DNA of 63,646 bases, filler included, from Lama guanicoe (lineage: Eukaryota): the NCBI GenBank assembly GCA_013239625.1. It is 166 parts of 166 records of this genome, joined end to end, with 100 filler letters (N's around TTAATTAATTAA, not from the genome) between each part and the next. Parts side by side here need not be neighbours in the genome. Positions count along the whole stretch, not along the records: positions 1 to 283 come from PNXV01052903.1; positions 384 to 666 come from PNXV01052904.1; positions 767 to 1,049 come from PNXV01052905.1; positions 1,150 to 1,432 come from PNXV01052906.1; positions 1,533 to 1,815 come from PNXV01052907.1; positions 1,916 to 2,198 come from PNXV01052908.1; positions 2,299 to 2,581 come from PNXV01052909.1; positions 2,682 to 2,964 come from PNXV01052910.1; 158 more parts are not named here. One strand, written 5' to 3'. The stretch's first letter is position 1; every line of letters starts with the position of its first letter. Under the pieces are notes generated by a model, which was not told the DNA's origin, did not search any database, and worked only from the letters and a program-made list of their open reading frames with translations. Below are positions 1 to 12,259 of this stretch, piece by piece. The position numbers and the translations under genes are program-made.

Positions 1-1297
1 GTGGCAAAACAAGTTGGCTGCTGGCCTTTGGGTTAGCCAGGACGTGATGAATAACTGAAAGTTTCCCTAATTTTTGTCCCTAAAACCTCAAATTAGGACC
101 AACTGGAGAACACCAAATATGCATGTCTAATCAATCACAAAGTTGTCTGGCTTCTGGGCAGCCCACCTCCAGCTCCATGCGAACAGCCTCCACTCAGGGC
201 ACACCTTCTGAAGGCCTCCCGTTTTTCTACCATGGAGCTTTCCTAATTCCTCACAACTGAGTCTTTGCCAAACGCAAGTGATANNNNNNNNNNNNNNNNN
301 NNNNNNNNNNNNNNNNNNNNNNNNNNNTTAATTAATTAANNNNNNNNNNNNNNNNNNNNNNNNNNNNNNNNNNNNNNNNNNNNCTCCAGCACGTAATTCT
401 TAGCAGGACGAAAGTCCAGAGGGTTTTATTCAGGTTTCCTTTCTCTCCTACGCTTTGTCAAGAGTCTTTCTTTTGACCTTCGTGCTGCGCAAACTTTCAT
501 GTTCTGTGAGGTGCTCGCTCTTCAATGCTTTGAAACACTAATAATTTTTCAGTAAATTTCTTTTCATGTTTTCCATATTATTTTCAATCCCTTAAATTCC
601 AAACTCGCGAGACCCTGGAAACCCAGACTAGGATGATCTTAGCCGTAGGTACATGATACTACAACCNNNNNNNNNNNNNNNNNNNNNNNNNNNNNNNNNN
701 NNNNNNNNNNTTAATTAATTAANNNNNNNNNNNNNNNNNNNNNNNNNNNNNNNNNNNNNNNNNNNNATAGTACATGCACATAATTATTTTCATCCCTGTG
801 CAAAAACTTCTGGACTATAGCACCAAGCAACGTCCTCACGAAGCAGGCATTTGAACCCTGCTCTTTGGGTTGCCAATGAGATTTTGCAGTCCTACAACTT
901 AGATTAGAGGGAAAAGGAGCCTGCATCTTGGAGTGATGGGAAATCTGGAAGGCATCTGAGATGGAAAGTCTATCAGAGATGACAAAGTCTCAACTGGATA
1001 AACAATGGTAATAATAGTAATGATGCACATCTCCCAGCCTTACTTACACNNNNNNNNNNNNNNNNNNNNNNNNNNNNNNNNNNNNNNNNNNNNTTAATTA
1101 ATTAANNNNNNNNNNNNNNNNNNNNNNNNNNNNNNNNNNNNNNNNNNNNGTTTCCATTCCATCCTTGCTGCCCCCTCCAATAAAAGGTAAGGCCCCCACT
1201 TCAGCTATAACTAGCTCTGTTCCTTCTGGGCTGCTCCTCGCTCCAAGTCTGCCTCTTTCGTGATGCCCGGGGGGAAAATCCAGCACAGCACTGCTAA

Positions 1298-1432
1298 ACC
1301 AATGGTTCTCACATCAGGGAAAGCAACATCAGCATCGCCAGGGAACCTGTTACAAATGCAGATTCTCAGGCCCCACACATACCCGTGGAATCAGGAGCTC
1401 TGGCACCCAGTGCTCCCTGTTTGAACAAATCC
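1298..1432 (+). mobile_element. MER5A-like hAT-Charlie DNA transposon fragment
   Basis: CAATGGTTCTCA end plus CAGCATC..GGAACCTGTTACAAATGCAGATTCTCAGGCCCCAC..GAATCAG typical of MER5A. Confidence 0.75.
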
Positions 1433-3064
1433 NNNNNNNNNNNNNNNNNNNNNNNNNNNNNNNNNNNNNNNNNNNNTTAATTAATTAANNNNNNNNNNNN
1501 NNNNNNNNNNNNNNNNNNNNNNNNNNNNNNNNCCTCCACTGAAAAACAAAGTCAGGCTGCCTGCTCTGCAAGGGCCCTTGCAGTCCTACCGGTCTGTGAC
1601 TTCGACAGATCTGAAGCAGCCCGGGGCACACTGCTTCATAACAAACCCCCACAGTTTCGCTGTGGCTGGCTCAAGATTTTGAGTTAAGACAAGAATGGCC
1701 TGTGCCTGCTTTACGCCTGCCCCTGCCCTGGCAGAATTAGCCACCTTTCGCTGACTGATAACACTAGAGAGCCTGATGCAGCAGCGCCCGCAGCAGAGCA
1801 GAGATTCCAGCCTCCNNNNNNNNNNNNNNNNNNNNNNNNNNNNNNNNNNNNNNNNNNNNTTAATTAATTAANNNNNNNNNNNNNNNNNNNNNNNNNNNNN
1901 NNNNNNNNNNNNNNNAAAAAAAAGTGGGGATCTAAATGGAGGAAATAGTATTCTAGGACAGAAGATGATCGTCACAGTTTTAGATGTGTTGGGTTGAATT
2001 TGCAGGGACACCAGGATACTATAGAAAGAAGTCTCAGGCAAGAGGAAAGGCCAAAAATGAAATCCTGGGCTGCATTTATACAGAGAGGACAGTGAGAGTC
2101 AGGGGTGGCTGCGAGATCTCTGAAGCAGCGGGTGTGGAGGGAAGAGGATGAAACTGTGAATTCCTGAGTGTGACTTCTACCTACACTCCTCTCTGCAANN
2201 NNNNNNNNNNNNNNNNNNNNNNNNNNNNNNNNNNNNNNNNNNTTAATTAATTAANNNNNNNNNNNNNNNNNNNNNNNNNNNNNNNNNNNNNNNNNNNNTT
2301 AGAACTTATAGGAATTTTGTAGAAATATGGTCCTTAAACAGTAATAGCAATAATGAGACAAATGAAAAGTCATTCAGGGAGCTGACTGACACTGGTCTCC
2401 CTAGGTTTGGCTCTGATTCTTCCTGTAGCAAGCTACAAGACATGGTCAAGTCACTTGTAATCTCCAGGTTGTCAGTTCTCAAAGTGTGGTCCTAAGGCCA
2501 GTAGTATCAGTTATCTACCTGGGGATTTGATAGAATTTATTTTTCTTTTACTCATGTCATTTTTCTGGATTTGAGATATAANNNNNNNNNNNNNNNNNNN
2601 NNNNNNNNNNNNNNNNNNNNNNNNNTTAATTAATTAANNNNNNNNNNNNNNNNNNNNNNNNNNNNNNNNNNNNNNNNNNNNCATATATTTGATAATTAAA
2701 TATGGAAACCCAAATAAATTCAACTTTTTAGAGCAGATCTCATGTAGTTTCTAAAAACCAGTGCAGAAATTGCTGAGCATCTGCCTATATTTGGAACATT
2801 TGGAACCATAGAACAAGATGAATGGCTGATTTTTCAAGTCTACCTAGAATGGCCTTCCTCTATGCTGTAACATTAGCAATAATTATAATACTAAACATTT
2901 CTTACTGCTTTACAATTGGCAAAGTAGTTTTACAGCCATCATCTCTTCCAAGAGACTGCAGGCTNNNNNNNNNNNNNNNNNNNNNNNNNNNNNNNNNNNN
3001 NNNNNNNNTTAATTAATTAANNNNNNNNNNNNNNNNNNNNNNNNNNNNNNNNNNNNNNNNNNNN

Positions 3065-3347
3065 TCATCTGTGCTCATCTGCGTGCCAGCACCTTTCCAG
3101 TTGAAGTGTCCTGCACAGACATCTCAACAAGCTGCAGACCTAGAAAGTCAGCTGCCTTCTTGAGACGTGTGCACATGGGTGTCTCAGAGCAGTCCACTCA
3201 GCATGTCCAAGTTTGAGCTCATGACACCTCTTCCTGAGGCTGACCCCCTCCCAGCGGTCTTTATTTCAACACATGGCATCACCATCCACCCAGATGATTC
3301 TGCTGGGAGACTTGTTCTGCTGATTTTACCTCGAATCCATCCAACTC
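3065..3347. mobile_element. LINE-2 fragment, degenerate
   Basis: CACTCAGCATGTCCAAGTTTGAGCTCATGA..ATGGCATCACCATCCACCCAG resembles L2 3' region. Confidence 0.55.
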
Positions 3348-3447
3348 NNNNNNNNNNNNNNNNNNNNNNNNNNNNNNNNNNNNNNNNNNNNTTAATTAAT
3401 TAANNNNNNNNNNNNNNNNNNNNNNNNNNNNNNNNNNNNNNNNNNNN

Positions 3448-3625
3448 CTCTGATAAGGGGTTAATATCCAAAATATACAAAGAACTCGTACAACTCAATG
3501 TCAAAAAAATAAATAAATAAACTACCTGATCAAAAAATTGGCCGAGGATCTGAAGAGACATTTTTCCAAAGAAAACACACAGCTGGCCCACAGACACACG
3601 AGAAGCAGCTCGACATCGGTACTCA
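3448..3625 (+). mobile_element. LINE-1 ORF2 C-terminal fragment
   Basis: TCTGATAAGGGGTTAATATCCAAAATATACAAAGAACTC..AGACATTTTTCCAAAGAAAACACACA. Confidence 0.92.
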
Positions 3626-3629
3626 TGGC

Positions 3630-3730
3630 GGGGAGGGCAGAGGTCAAGGGGCAGAGCGCATGCTTAGCACACATAGTGTCTCAGGTTCAATCCCCAGCAC
3701 CTCCTCTAAAAATAGAAATAAAGAAATAAA
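3630..3730 (+). mobile_element. Camelid Vic-1-like tRNA-derived SINE adjoining L1
   Basis: GGGGAGGG..AGAGCGCATGCTTAGCA..GGTTCAATCCCCAGCACCTCC (B box) followed by A-rich tail. Confidence 0.8.
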
Positions 3731-4596
3731 NNNNNNNNNNNNNNNNNNNNNNNNNNNNNNNNNNNNNNNNNNNNTTAATTAATTAANNNNNNNNNNNNNN
3801 NNNNNNNNNNNNNNNNNNNNNNNNNNNNNNCAGTCTACTGATTTTTAAATAATGTCAATTTTTTCCACAAAAGCAACAAGTTCCTTATTAATTCCCCTAC
3901 TTTCCTACTACAATATCTTCAATTTTCTGGATATGGAAGAATATCCTCAGGGTAAAAGAAATATGTCTATTTGCATCCATTTTAAGATATCCTCAATTGT
4001 AAGACATATAATTATATAACGTATCACTTAAAAAAAGTTGCCAATTAAACTATGAACAACAGTAGATATCATCCATTGTATGACATACCTCCATTTCAGA
4101 AAGCAAAATGTGANNNNNNNNNNNNNNNNNNNNNNNNNNNNNNNNNNNNNNNNNNNNTTAATTAATTAANNNNNNNNNNNNNNNNNNNNNNNNNNNNNNN
4201 NNNNNNNNNNNNNTTTTTTTTTGTGCATTTGACATCTTTGAACATTTTGTAAAATAGGGGAGTGTGGGCAATAATGAAACGTATCCATCACTTGCTTGTT
4301 AGCGTCTCTGTTTATATTTCTGTTGTGTGTTTCGCTCCTACGAAAAGTAAACTACATGTTTTTTTTCTGTTGCAAATCCAATTCTGGTCATTTTACCTCT
4401 GTGGCAGTGAATTCATACAGGCTCAGAGTCAATGGTATTAAACTGTAAGTAAAACGTGCATTGGCCTTATAATTCCTATTTCATTTTGGGGGGGGGNNNN
4501 NNNNNNNNNNNNNNNNNNNNNNNNNNNNNNNNNNNNNNNNTTAATTAATTAANNNNNNNNNNNNNNNNNNNNNNNNNNNNNNNNNNNNNNNNNNNN

Positions 4597-4879
4597 TGAA
4601 AAATGGTGAAAAGAAAGGAAAACTGTCAAACAAGACAAAATAATAATAGTTTAGCCATTAAACAAACTCAAGGACCTTTACTTCCTCCTCAAGGGCTATA
4701 GAAAATATTCTGAGGTGTGTCCTTTGAGCTGTTTTCCAAATGCTGAAGCCCCCACCAGGTGGAAGAATTTAACTGTGTGCTCCCACAAGCATGCAGACCC
4801 CAGACCAGTCGGATCCAGAGGTTGATGATGCTGACGCCTGATTATCTCACCACCAACCAATCAGAGGAATGTCTGTGAG
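4597..4879 (+). mobile_element. ERV1-type LTR fragment
   Basis: TGAAAA start, GTTGATGATGCTGAC..CTCACCACCAACCAATCAGAGGAATGT (CCAAT-containing U3-like motif). Confidence 0.55.
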
Positions 4880-5362
4880 NNNNNNNNNNNNNNNNNNNNN
4901 NNNNNNNNNNNNNNNNNNNNNNNTTAATTAATTAANNNNNNNNNNNNNNNNNNNNNNNNNNNNNNNNNNNNNNNNNNNNTTTTTTTTAATGTCTGCTAAT
5001 AAAAAGAGCCCCTTTCAGTTCATTAATTTTATAACCATGGTTTGATGGAGGAGCCCAAAGTAGGAGACATTGTCACTCATTCAATTCCAAACGTAATGCA
5101 AAACAAATGAGTACATTAGCAGTAAGAAGGCATTCAGTTTAAGCTTGTAATACAGTTTTTAATCACCTGGTAGTTTAGTTTCCTCAAAGAAGTGAAAATG
5201 AAAACAAAAATCGAGGCTCAAAATACAAGATGACAACTTACTAGTTCATTGGCTGTGATAGTNNNNNNNNNNNNNNNNNNNNNNNNNNNNNNNNNNNNNN
5301 NNNNNNTTAATTAATTAANNNNNNNNNNNNNNNNNNNNNNNNNNNNNNNNNNNNNNNNNNNN

Positions 5363-5593
5363 TCTGATAGGAACACTGGTACAGCCCTGCAAAGCCTGGT
5401 GTCATCTCCGTAGTATTCAAAACGTTGGTCCTCCGAGGCGTGATTTGTCTGTCTCTGCCCGCGGGCTCAGGGTCCCCCACTTTAGAGATCCTGTACGCCT
5501 CAGCGTGTCCAGGCCCCTCACACAGGATGCTCACAGGTTCCTTAGATGGAACCACGGATCCTGGCAGAGCTGTGATCCGAGGTTGGGGGAGAT
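5363..5593 (-). CDS. Partial exon encoding a C2-type Ig domain of a leukocyte receptor complex (LILR/LAIR/GP6/FCAR/VSTM1-like) receptor
   Basis: Acceptor cttccagcag then phase-1 (D)LPQPRITALPGSVVPSKEPVSILCEGP..AGLYQCSYQ with both Ig cysteines, no stops. Confidence 0.85.
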
Positions 5594-5876
5594 CTGCTGG
5601 AAGCAAGGCAACAGGTAATGAACTCACAACGGTGTCTGCTTCTGANNNNNNNNNNNNNNNNNNNNNNNNNNNNNNNNNNNNNNNNNNNNTTAATTAATTA
5701 ANNNNNNNNNNNNNNNNNNNNNNNNNNNNNNNNNNNNNNNNNNNNTGCCACCTGAAACTAGTGGTCTCCAAGGTGGCGTGCATAAGCGCCCACCTGAGGA
5801 AAATGCTAGAACTCTCATGTATATTTATTTTTTTCATTTTTCATTTCTATTTTGGGTTGTTTTTGTAATGCACAAA

Positions 5877-6028
5877 TGTATCACCAGGACTGCTTTAACA
5901 CAGTACCACAAACCTGAGTGGCTTCAACAGCAGGAATTTATTCTTTCATGGTTCTGGTGGCTGGAAGTCCAAGATCAAGGTGTCAGCGGGGTAGATTGCT
6001 CCTGGGGCTGTGAGGGAGGTTCTCTTCC
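5877..6028 (-). mobile_element. MLT1 (MaLR) LTR fragment
   Basis: TACCACAAACCTGAGTGGCTT..AGGAATTTATTCT..GTTCTGG..GCTGGAAGTCCAAGATCAAGGTGTCAGC. Confidence 0.85.
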
Positions 6029-6511
6029 NNNNNNNNNNNNNNNNNNNNNNNNNNNNNNNNNNNNNNNNNNNNTTAATTAATTAANNNNNNNNNNNNNNNN
6101 NNNNNNNNNNNNNNNNNNNNNNNNNNNNAAGTAAGTATTTGAGCTAAGAACTTCCAGTGAGTGGGCCCCAGTATCTCTCCAGGTCGTCTGAACAAACCCA
6201 GTCTGTTTTGTACCAGTTGCTGTCTTTAAAGGAAATGATATATCGGCATTGTACATGAAGTTCACCAAAGATGTGAGCACCTACAAGGTGAGTGGTGCGT
6301 CATTGTGATCTCGTATAGGATTGAGAAAGGAATGTTATCTTTTAAGGAGTTAAATGGCACTAGAAGAAGAAACATTGATTTTCATGGTTGAGCAGGTATT
6401 TCTGGCCTTGANNNNNNNNNNNNNNNNNNNNNNNNNNNNNNNNNNNNNNNNNNNNTTAATTAATTAANNNNNNNNNNNNNNNNNNNNNNNNNNNNNNNNN
6501 NNNNNNNNNNN

Positions 6512-6538
6512 CACACACACACACACACACACACACAC
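6512..6538. repeat. (CA)n microsatellite at contig edge
   Basis: Direct reading, about 13 CA units. Confidence 0.95.
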
Positions 6539-8041
6539 GTAGCCAGGCCCTTCCCATTCCTGCCACACATCCACCCCCAGAAGCAGCTTTGCTTCTAACA
6601 TATTTAGAAATAATGAACTTCTGCACTTACTTCTTGACACCACTTTTGGGGACTGTCTGCTGTGGCAGTTGAGGGCACAGCTCCAGAGCTGAAGCAGGTG
6701 GTCCAGATCTCCCACGGGCAGCAGCCTCTCTTTGGGGTCCTGAGATCCTTTCAGGGTAACAGCTTCAGCTGTGGCTGAACCCGGGAGGAGGCNNNNNNNN
6801 NNNNNNNNNNNNNNNNNNNNNNNNNNNNNNNNNNNNTTAATTAATTAANNNNNNNNNNNNNNNNNNNNNNNNNNNNNNNNNNNNNNNNNNNNCCTGAAAC
6901 TCAGTGTTAGCTGCGGAATATCTTTGACTGAAAAATAAACAAATGAAAATGAGAGATTCTGGAGCTGTTTGCAGTGTTTGTGGAGGGGCTTCAGTGCCTG
7001 CTTCCGGGTGTGGTTCTTTGCAGGAGTGGGGGCTCCTGGAAGAGAACTGTGCTTCTGCGTTGGGGGAAATTCTCATTAAGGAGAGCAGCTTCTGTGACAG
7101 CCGGCCTTGCTTCAGATGGTGGCCTCGGGGGGGAGCGGAAGAGCCACCACGTGTCACTGGCCGAGGGCACGTTTANNNNNNNNNNNNNNNNNNNNNNNNN
7201 NNNNNNNNNNNNNNNNNNNTTAATTAATTAANNNNNNNNNNNNNNNNNNNNNNNNNNNNNNNNNNNNNNNNNNNNCCATTCATGCAAATTTCATCTCCTA
7301 CAAGATGACGGGGACGTGCCATTGAATGCAATGGGTCTTTTAAAAGGAATAACACTGATATTCGTATGAGAAGCGATTCAAGAAAACTGAGTTAGGAGGT
7401 GGACTGGATGAGGGTACCGCAATAGGATTTGGAATACACACAATTCTACCTCTTTTATTAGCAAAAATCACAGAATTCTTGACTTGTGGAATTTTGAAAT
7501 ATTCAGCATTATCTTTAAAAATGCAACCTTTCCCCAGCAAGATTCCTACTGACCTCAGNNNNNNNNNNNNNNNNNNNNNNNNNNNNNNNNNNNNNNNNNN
7601 NNTTAATTAATTAANNNNNNNNNNNNNNNNNNNNNNNNNNNNNNNNNNNNNNNNNNNNTAGTAACTGTTAAGTCAGAGTTCACAGCTGCTAAAACAGAGG
7701 CCAAGAGAATACAACTAGCAAGTGACAGAAATGGGATACTTTACCCAAGTTACTCAATTCCAGATGTAGCATTCTGAACCATTTTCTCAAGCTTTCTTCT
7801 ATTCGTTGCCAATTGTATGCCTCCTTCCTGTTTCAAATTAATGATTTCCTTTTATAAGAAATGGTATTAAAAATAAAAATGTTCAATATATCCTTAGATT
7901 AAAATCATATTCTATTCACATAAGACTACTATTCAACATAGNNNNNNNNNNNNNNNNNNNNNNNNNNNNNNNNNNNNNNNNNNNNTTAATTAATTAANNN
8001 NNNNNNNNNNNNNNNNNNNNNNNNNNNNNNNNNNNNNNNNN

Positions 8042-8324
8042 ATTTCTTTACACTAATGATGAAATAGCAGGAAAAGAAAGTAAAGAAACAATCTTTCATA
8101 AAATCACATCCAAAACAATGAAATACTTAGCAATAAATCTGACCAAGGAGATGAAAGATGGAGAACTACAAAACATTGATTAAGGAAATTCAAAATGACT
8201 TAAAGAAATGGAAAGATATCTCATGCTCTTGGATTGGAAGAGTCAATTCAATATTGTTAAAATGTCCATACTACACAAGGCAATCTACAGATTTAATGTG
8301 ATCCCTATCAAATTACCCAGGACA
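8042..8324 (+). mobile_element. LINE-1 ORF2 reverse transcriptase region fragment, degenerate
   Basis: AAATACTTAGCAATAAATCTGACCAAGGAGATGAAAGA..TGGAAAGATATCTCATGCTCTTGGATTGGAAGA. Confidence 0.92.
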
Positions 8325-8424
8325 NNNNNNNNNNNNNNNNNNNNNNNNNNNNNNNNNNNNNNNNNNNNTTAATTAATTAANNNNNNNNNNNNNNNNNNNN
8401 NNNNNNNNNNNNNNNNNNNNNNNN

Positions 8425-8631
<207 letters not shown>

Positions 8632-8807
8632 TCAGTGCTGTGAAAGAGTCTGTAATAAAAGAAGTTGCTTTCTTTAATTAAAAAAATTTTTAAAAAGGAA
8701 AAAAAGGNNNNNNNNNNNNNNNNNNNNNNNNNNNNNNNNNNNNNNNNNNNNTTAATTAATTAANNNNNNNNNNNNNNNNNNNNNNNNNNNNNNNNNNNNN
8801 NNNNNNN

Positions 8808-9090
8808 TCTCCTAATTCAAAAAGGTTCATGCACCTGAATGCTCAGAGCAGCGCTATTTATAATAGTGAAGATATGGAAGCATCCTGAGTGTCCACTGAC
8901 AGGTAAGTGGATAGGGATACGGCAGGTACATATACACACAAGGAACATCACCTGCTTATAAGAAATCGTGCCATTTGCAACAACGTGGACGGACCTATTA
9001 TGTTAAGTGAAATAAGTCAAAGACAAATACTGTTGTAACATATATAGAGTCTAAAAAATAAATGAATATATCTAGCAAAACAGAAACAGA
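8808..9090 (+). mobile_element. LINE-1 ORF2 end / 3' UTR fragment
   Basis: CATGCACCTGAATGCTCAGAGCAGCGCTATTTAT..GCCATTTGCAACAACGTGGACGGACCT..AAGTGAAATAAGTCA. Confidence 0.85.
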
Positions 9091-9190
9091 NNNNNNNNNN
9101 NNNNNNNNNNNNNNNNNNNNNNNNNNNNNNNNNNTTAATTAATTAANNNNNNNNNNNNNNNNNNNNNNNNNNNNNNNNNNNNNNNNNNNN

Positions 9191-9473
9191 TCAGAACTAT
9201 GACATTATGATTCATAAGACATATATGTTTGGTCACCCAGATGACCAAAATGTATTTCTCACATATGTTGGTCTTTGTCCACAGTTCCTGACTCACAACT
9301 CCCCAGACCTTTGGAATTTCCTAAGTGTTGAGAATGACAAAGGTGTCTTTTGTTATATTAATGAGGTGACTTTGGAAAGCACCTGAGGATGGGGACTGTT
9401 GCCAGTGGACAACCATGTGATTCAAGGGTTGGTATTTTTCAGTCCCACCCTCTGATCTCTTGGGAAGAGAGAG
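9191..9473 (+). mobile_element. MER21/MER77-like ERVL LTR fragment
   Basis: TTCCTGACTCACAACTCC..TTGGAATTTCCTAAGTG..TAATGAGGTGACT..GTTGCCAG..AACCATGTGATT..GGGTTGG..TCAGTCCCACCC; similar to 42700-42874. Confidence 0.7.
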
Positions 9474-9619
9474 NNNNNNNNNNNNNNNNNNNNNNNNNNN
9501 NNNNNNNNNNNNNNNNNTTAATTAATTAANNNNNNNNNNNNNNNNNNNNNNNNNNNNNNNNNNNNNNNNNNNNAAGCATCCTAACTAGAAATTACAACAA
9601 TAAAAATTCATCTTCTTAC

Positions 9620-9857
9620 CAGTTTTAGCATCAGCAGAAGTCTGAAGAATCTTTACCATGTAGCTTAAGCTGTCAGGGTTGCAATTCAGTAATTTTGGCA
9701 AGTAATAATCAATCACGTAAGATTTTTGATCCAGATTTCCTTCACACAGTATAAAAAGGAGAGGAGAAACCCAAGTCTCATGCCACTTATCAATCCAAGT
9801 GTTGTCGACAGCCTGGGATTTCAAACGACTCTTATGGTTTTTAAACATAGTTTCCAA
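9620..9857 (-). CDS. THADA: THADA internal exon, 3' part
   Basis: LETMFKNHKSRLKSQAVDNTWIDKWHETWVSPLLFILCEGNLDQKSYVIDYYLPKLLNCNPDSLSYMVKILQTSADAKTG, then gtaaga donor. Confidence 0.93.
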
Positions 9858-10341
9858 NNNNNNNNNNNNNNNNNNNNNNNNNNNNNNNNNNNNNNNNNNN
9901 NTTAATTAATTAANNNNNNNNNNNNNNNNNNNNNNNNNNNNNNNNNNNNNNNNNNNNCTTCAGCAGCATTAAAGACTAAAGGAATCACCTGACACTATAT
10001 ACCTTTGTGAAATCCAGCTAGTTATAACCCTCTGCATAGTAAGACCAAGAAATCCGGCTAAGGAGCCATTCTTTGCATCATTTCCATTTCTGTTCTCTTC
10101 CAACAATCCCTTCTCACCACACACTGACTGGTCTACCAAGAAACGAAAGAAGCAACTAGCTATCTGCTAAACCATTTGACTCAGTAAACTGGAAAAAATA
10201 ATTTTAAAACACAGCACCCCCTCCCAAGAAAAAGCTTACTTNNNNNNNNNNNNNNNNNNNNNNNNNNNNNNNNNNNNNNNNNNNNTTAATTAATTAANNN
10301 NNNNNNNNNNNNNNNNNNNNNNNNNNNNNNNNNNNNNNNNN

Positions 10342-10624
10342 TCCATGTTCTAAATTCTGGGTTCTGTATTCCATAATCTGTATTCAATATCCTGTGTTCT
10401 ACATTCTGTATTGTACATTCTATATACTGTATCCTATATTATATATTCTGTGTACAACAATCTAGATACCACATAATATTTCGATATACTTTATTATATA
10501 TTCTGTGTTCTAAATTCCTTGTTCTAAATACTGCATACTGCATTCTGTATTCTATATTCCTTATTCTGTGTTCTGCATTCTATATTCTACATTCTATTCC
10601 TTTATACTATATTATGTATTGTGT
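10342..10624. repeat. Degenerate 7-bp tandem repeat (TTCTATA/TTCTGTA/TTCTGTG-like)
   Basis: TTCT-x-x-x units recur across the whole contig. Confidence 0.8.
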
Positions 10625-10724
10625 NNNNNNNNNNNNNNNNNNNNNNNNNNNNNNNNNNNNNNNNNNNNTTAATTAATTAANNNNNNNNNNNNNNNNNNNN
10701 NNNNNNNNNNNNNNNNNNNNNNNN

Positions 10725-11008
10725 GCGCCACCCGGCGCGCCAGGGCCCGCGGGGGCCCCTCGGTACAGGAGCATTTTTTTGGCCGCCACGATACTCGTTT
10801 GCCGCCGCCGGACTCCTCGCCCGGCCGTCCCGGACTGGCCCTAGCTCACTCCCGCTCGCAGCTGGCGGCCGCCGTCCGGGACCGGCCCTCCCTCGCTCCC
10901 ACCCGCAGCTGGCGGGGGCGGGGCGCGCTCCAGCCACCTGTCCGGGGCGGGAGGGGTGAGGCCGGCAGAGCCGCGCGGGGACGCCGCCCTGTCAGCACCT
11001 CTCCCGAC
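10725..11008. promoter_or_regulatory. CpG-island-like GC-rich fragment with 47-bp internal duplication
   Basis: Very high GC and CpG density, GC boxes GGGGCGGG; duplicated units begin at 10824 and 10871. Confidence 0.65.
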
Positions 11009-12259
11009 NNNNNNNNNNNNNNNNNNNNNNNNNNNNNNNNNNNNNNNNNNNNTTAATTAATTAANNNNNNNNNNNNNNNNNNNNNNNNNNNNNNNNNNNN
11101 NNNNNNNNTTCATGTTACCCACATTCAAACGTTCATGGGCTAACAGTTCACTGTAATATTCCACTGGCTGAGGCCATGCCATCCCAAGGGTGACAAATGA
11201 ATGGAGGAAGGACCAGAGTGGCCAAATCTGAAGGGTTATGGGAAGTAAACCATAAATAACCAAGAATGTGAGCTTTGGGGTAAGTCCTGACTCTCTCTGG
11301 GCACTGTGCATTCTAGTATGTTGGATGGAAGTTCCAGTGAATGTATTTGGAAACCAATGACAGGTCCTAGAACCCTAGAAGACTTGGGACTTNNNNNNNN
11401 NNNNNNNNNNNNNNNNNNNNNNNNNNNNNNNNNNNNTTAATTAATTAANNNNNNNNNNNNNNNNNNNNNNNNNNNNNNNNNNNNNNNNNNNNGAAATGGG
11501 ATCATAGAACTCCCTGTAGTCACAACCACATCTTAAAAGAGGAGCATAAAGCAGCCTCACTGATGACACAGAGACTCAATATAACTGGGGGGAAAATGCA
11601 ATAACTCTGAATTCTCAGTTGTGTATTATTTCCTCTACTCTGTATCACACGTGACTAGCAGCTCGTAATATGGCTTTATGATCAAAGAGTTACCTAGTTA
11701 CACAGAGGTAAATATATATCCCCTGGAGGGAAAATTTATATATATATTTTGTTTACCATTGTGTTTACCAAAAGAANNNNNNNNNNNNNNNNNNNNNNNN
11801 NNNNNNNNNNNNNNNNNNNNTTAATTAATTAANNNNNNNNNNNNNNNNNNNNNNNNNNNNNNNNNNNNNNNNNNNNGTGGGAGCCAGGGAGGAATGCGTT
11901 TGGGGAGTGGAGCTGACAGGATGCAATTATGGGCTGACTGTGGATGGTGAGGAGAAGAGGAGGATCAAGGTAGCCCCAGGTCTGCCTGGAGCCAGGTGCC
12001 TGTTCTTTCTAATCTCAGTGCCCAAAGGAGGTGCCCACCTACCTGGACAAACCTCTTAACCTTCAAAATGAGGGTCTTAAAACACGGAAGTCTTTTTGTT
12101 TGTTTCACATATTATGGAAAGATTCAAACATGTAGAGAAGTAGAGAGAACAGCACAGCCNNNNNNNNNNNNNNNNNNNNNNNNNNNNNNNNNNNNNNNNN
12201 NNNTTAATTAATTAANNNNNNNNNNNNNNNNNNNNNNNNNNNNNNNNNNNNNNNNNNNN

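Noticed and set aside
3630..3730. tRNA-like A/B boxes here and at 26987 and 53917
   Set aside because: SINE heads with A-rich tails; no intact cloverleaf, so not called tRNA genes
6183..6287. 105-bp segment between ctctccag and gtgagt
   Set aside because: Stops in all three forward frames; at most a non-coding or dead exon
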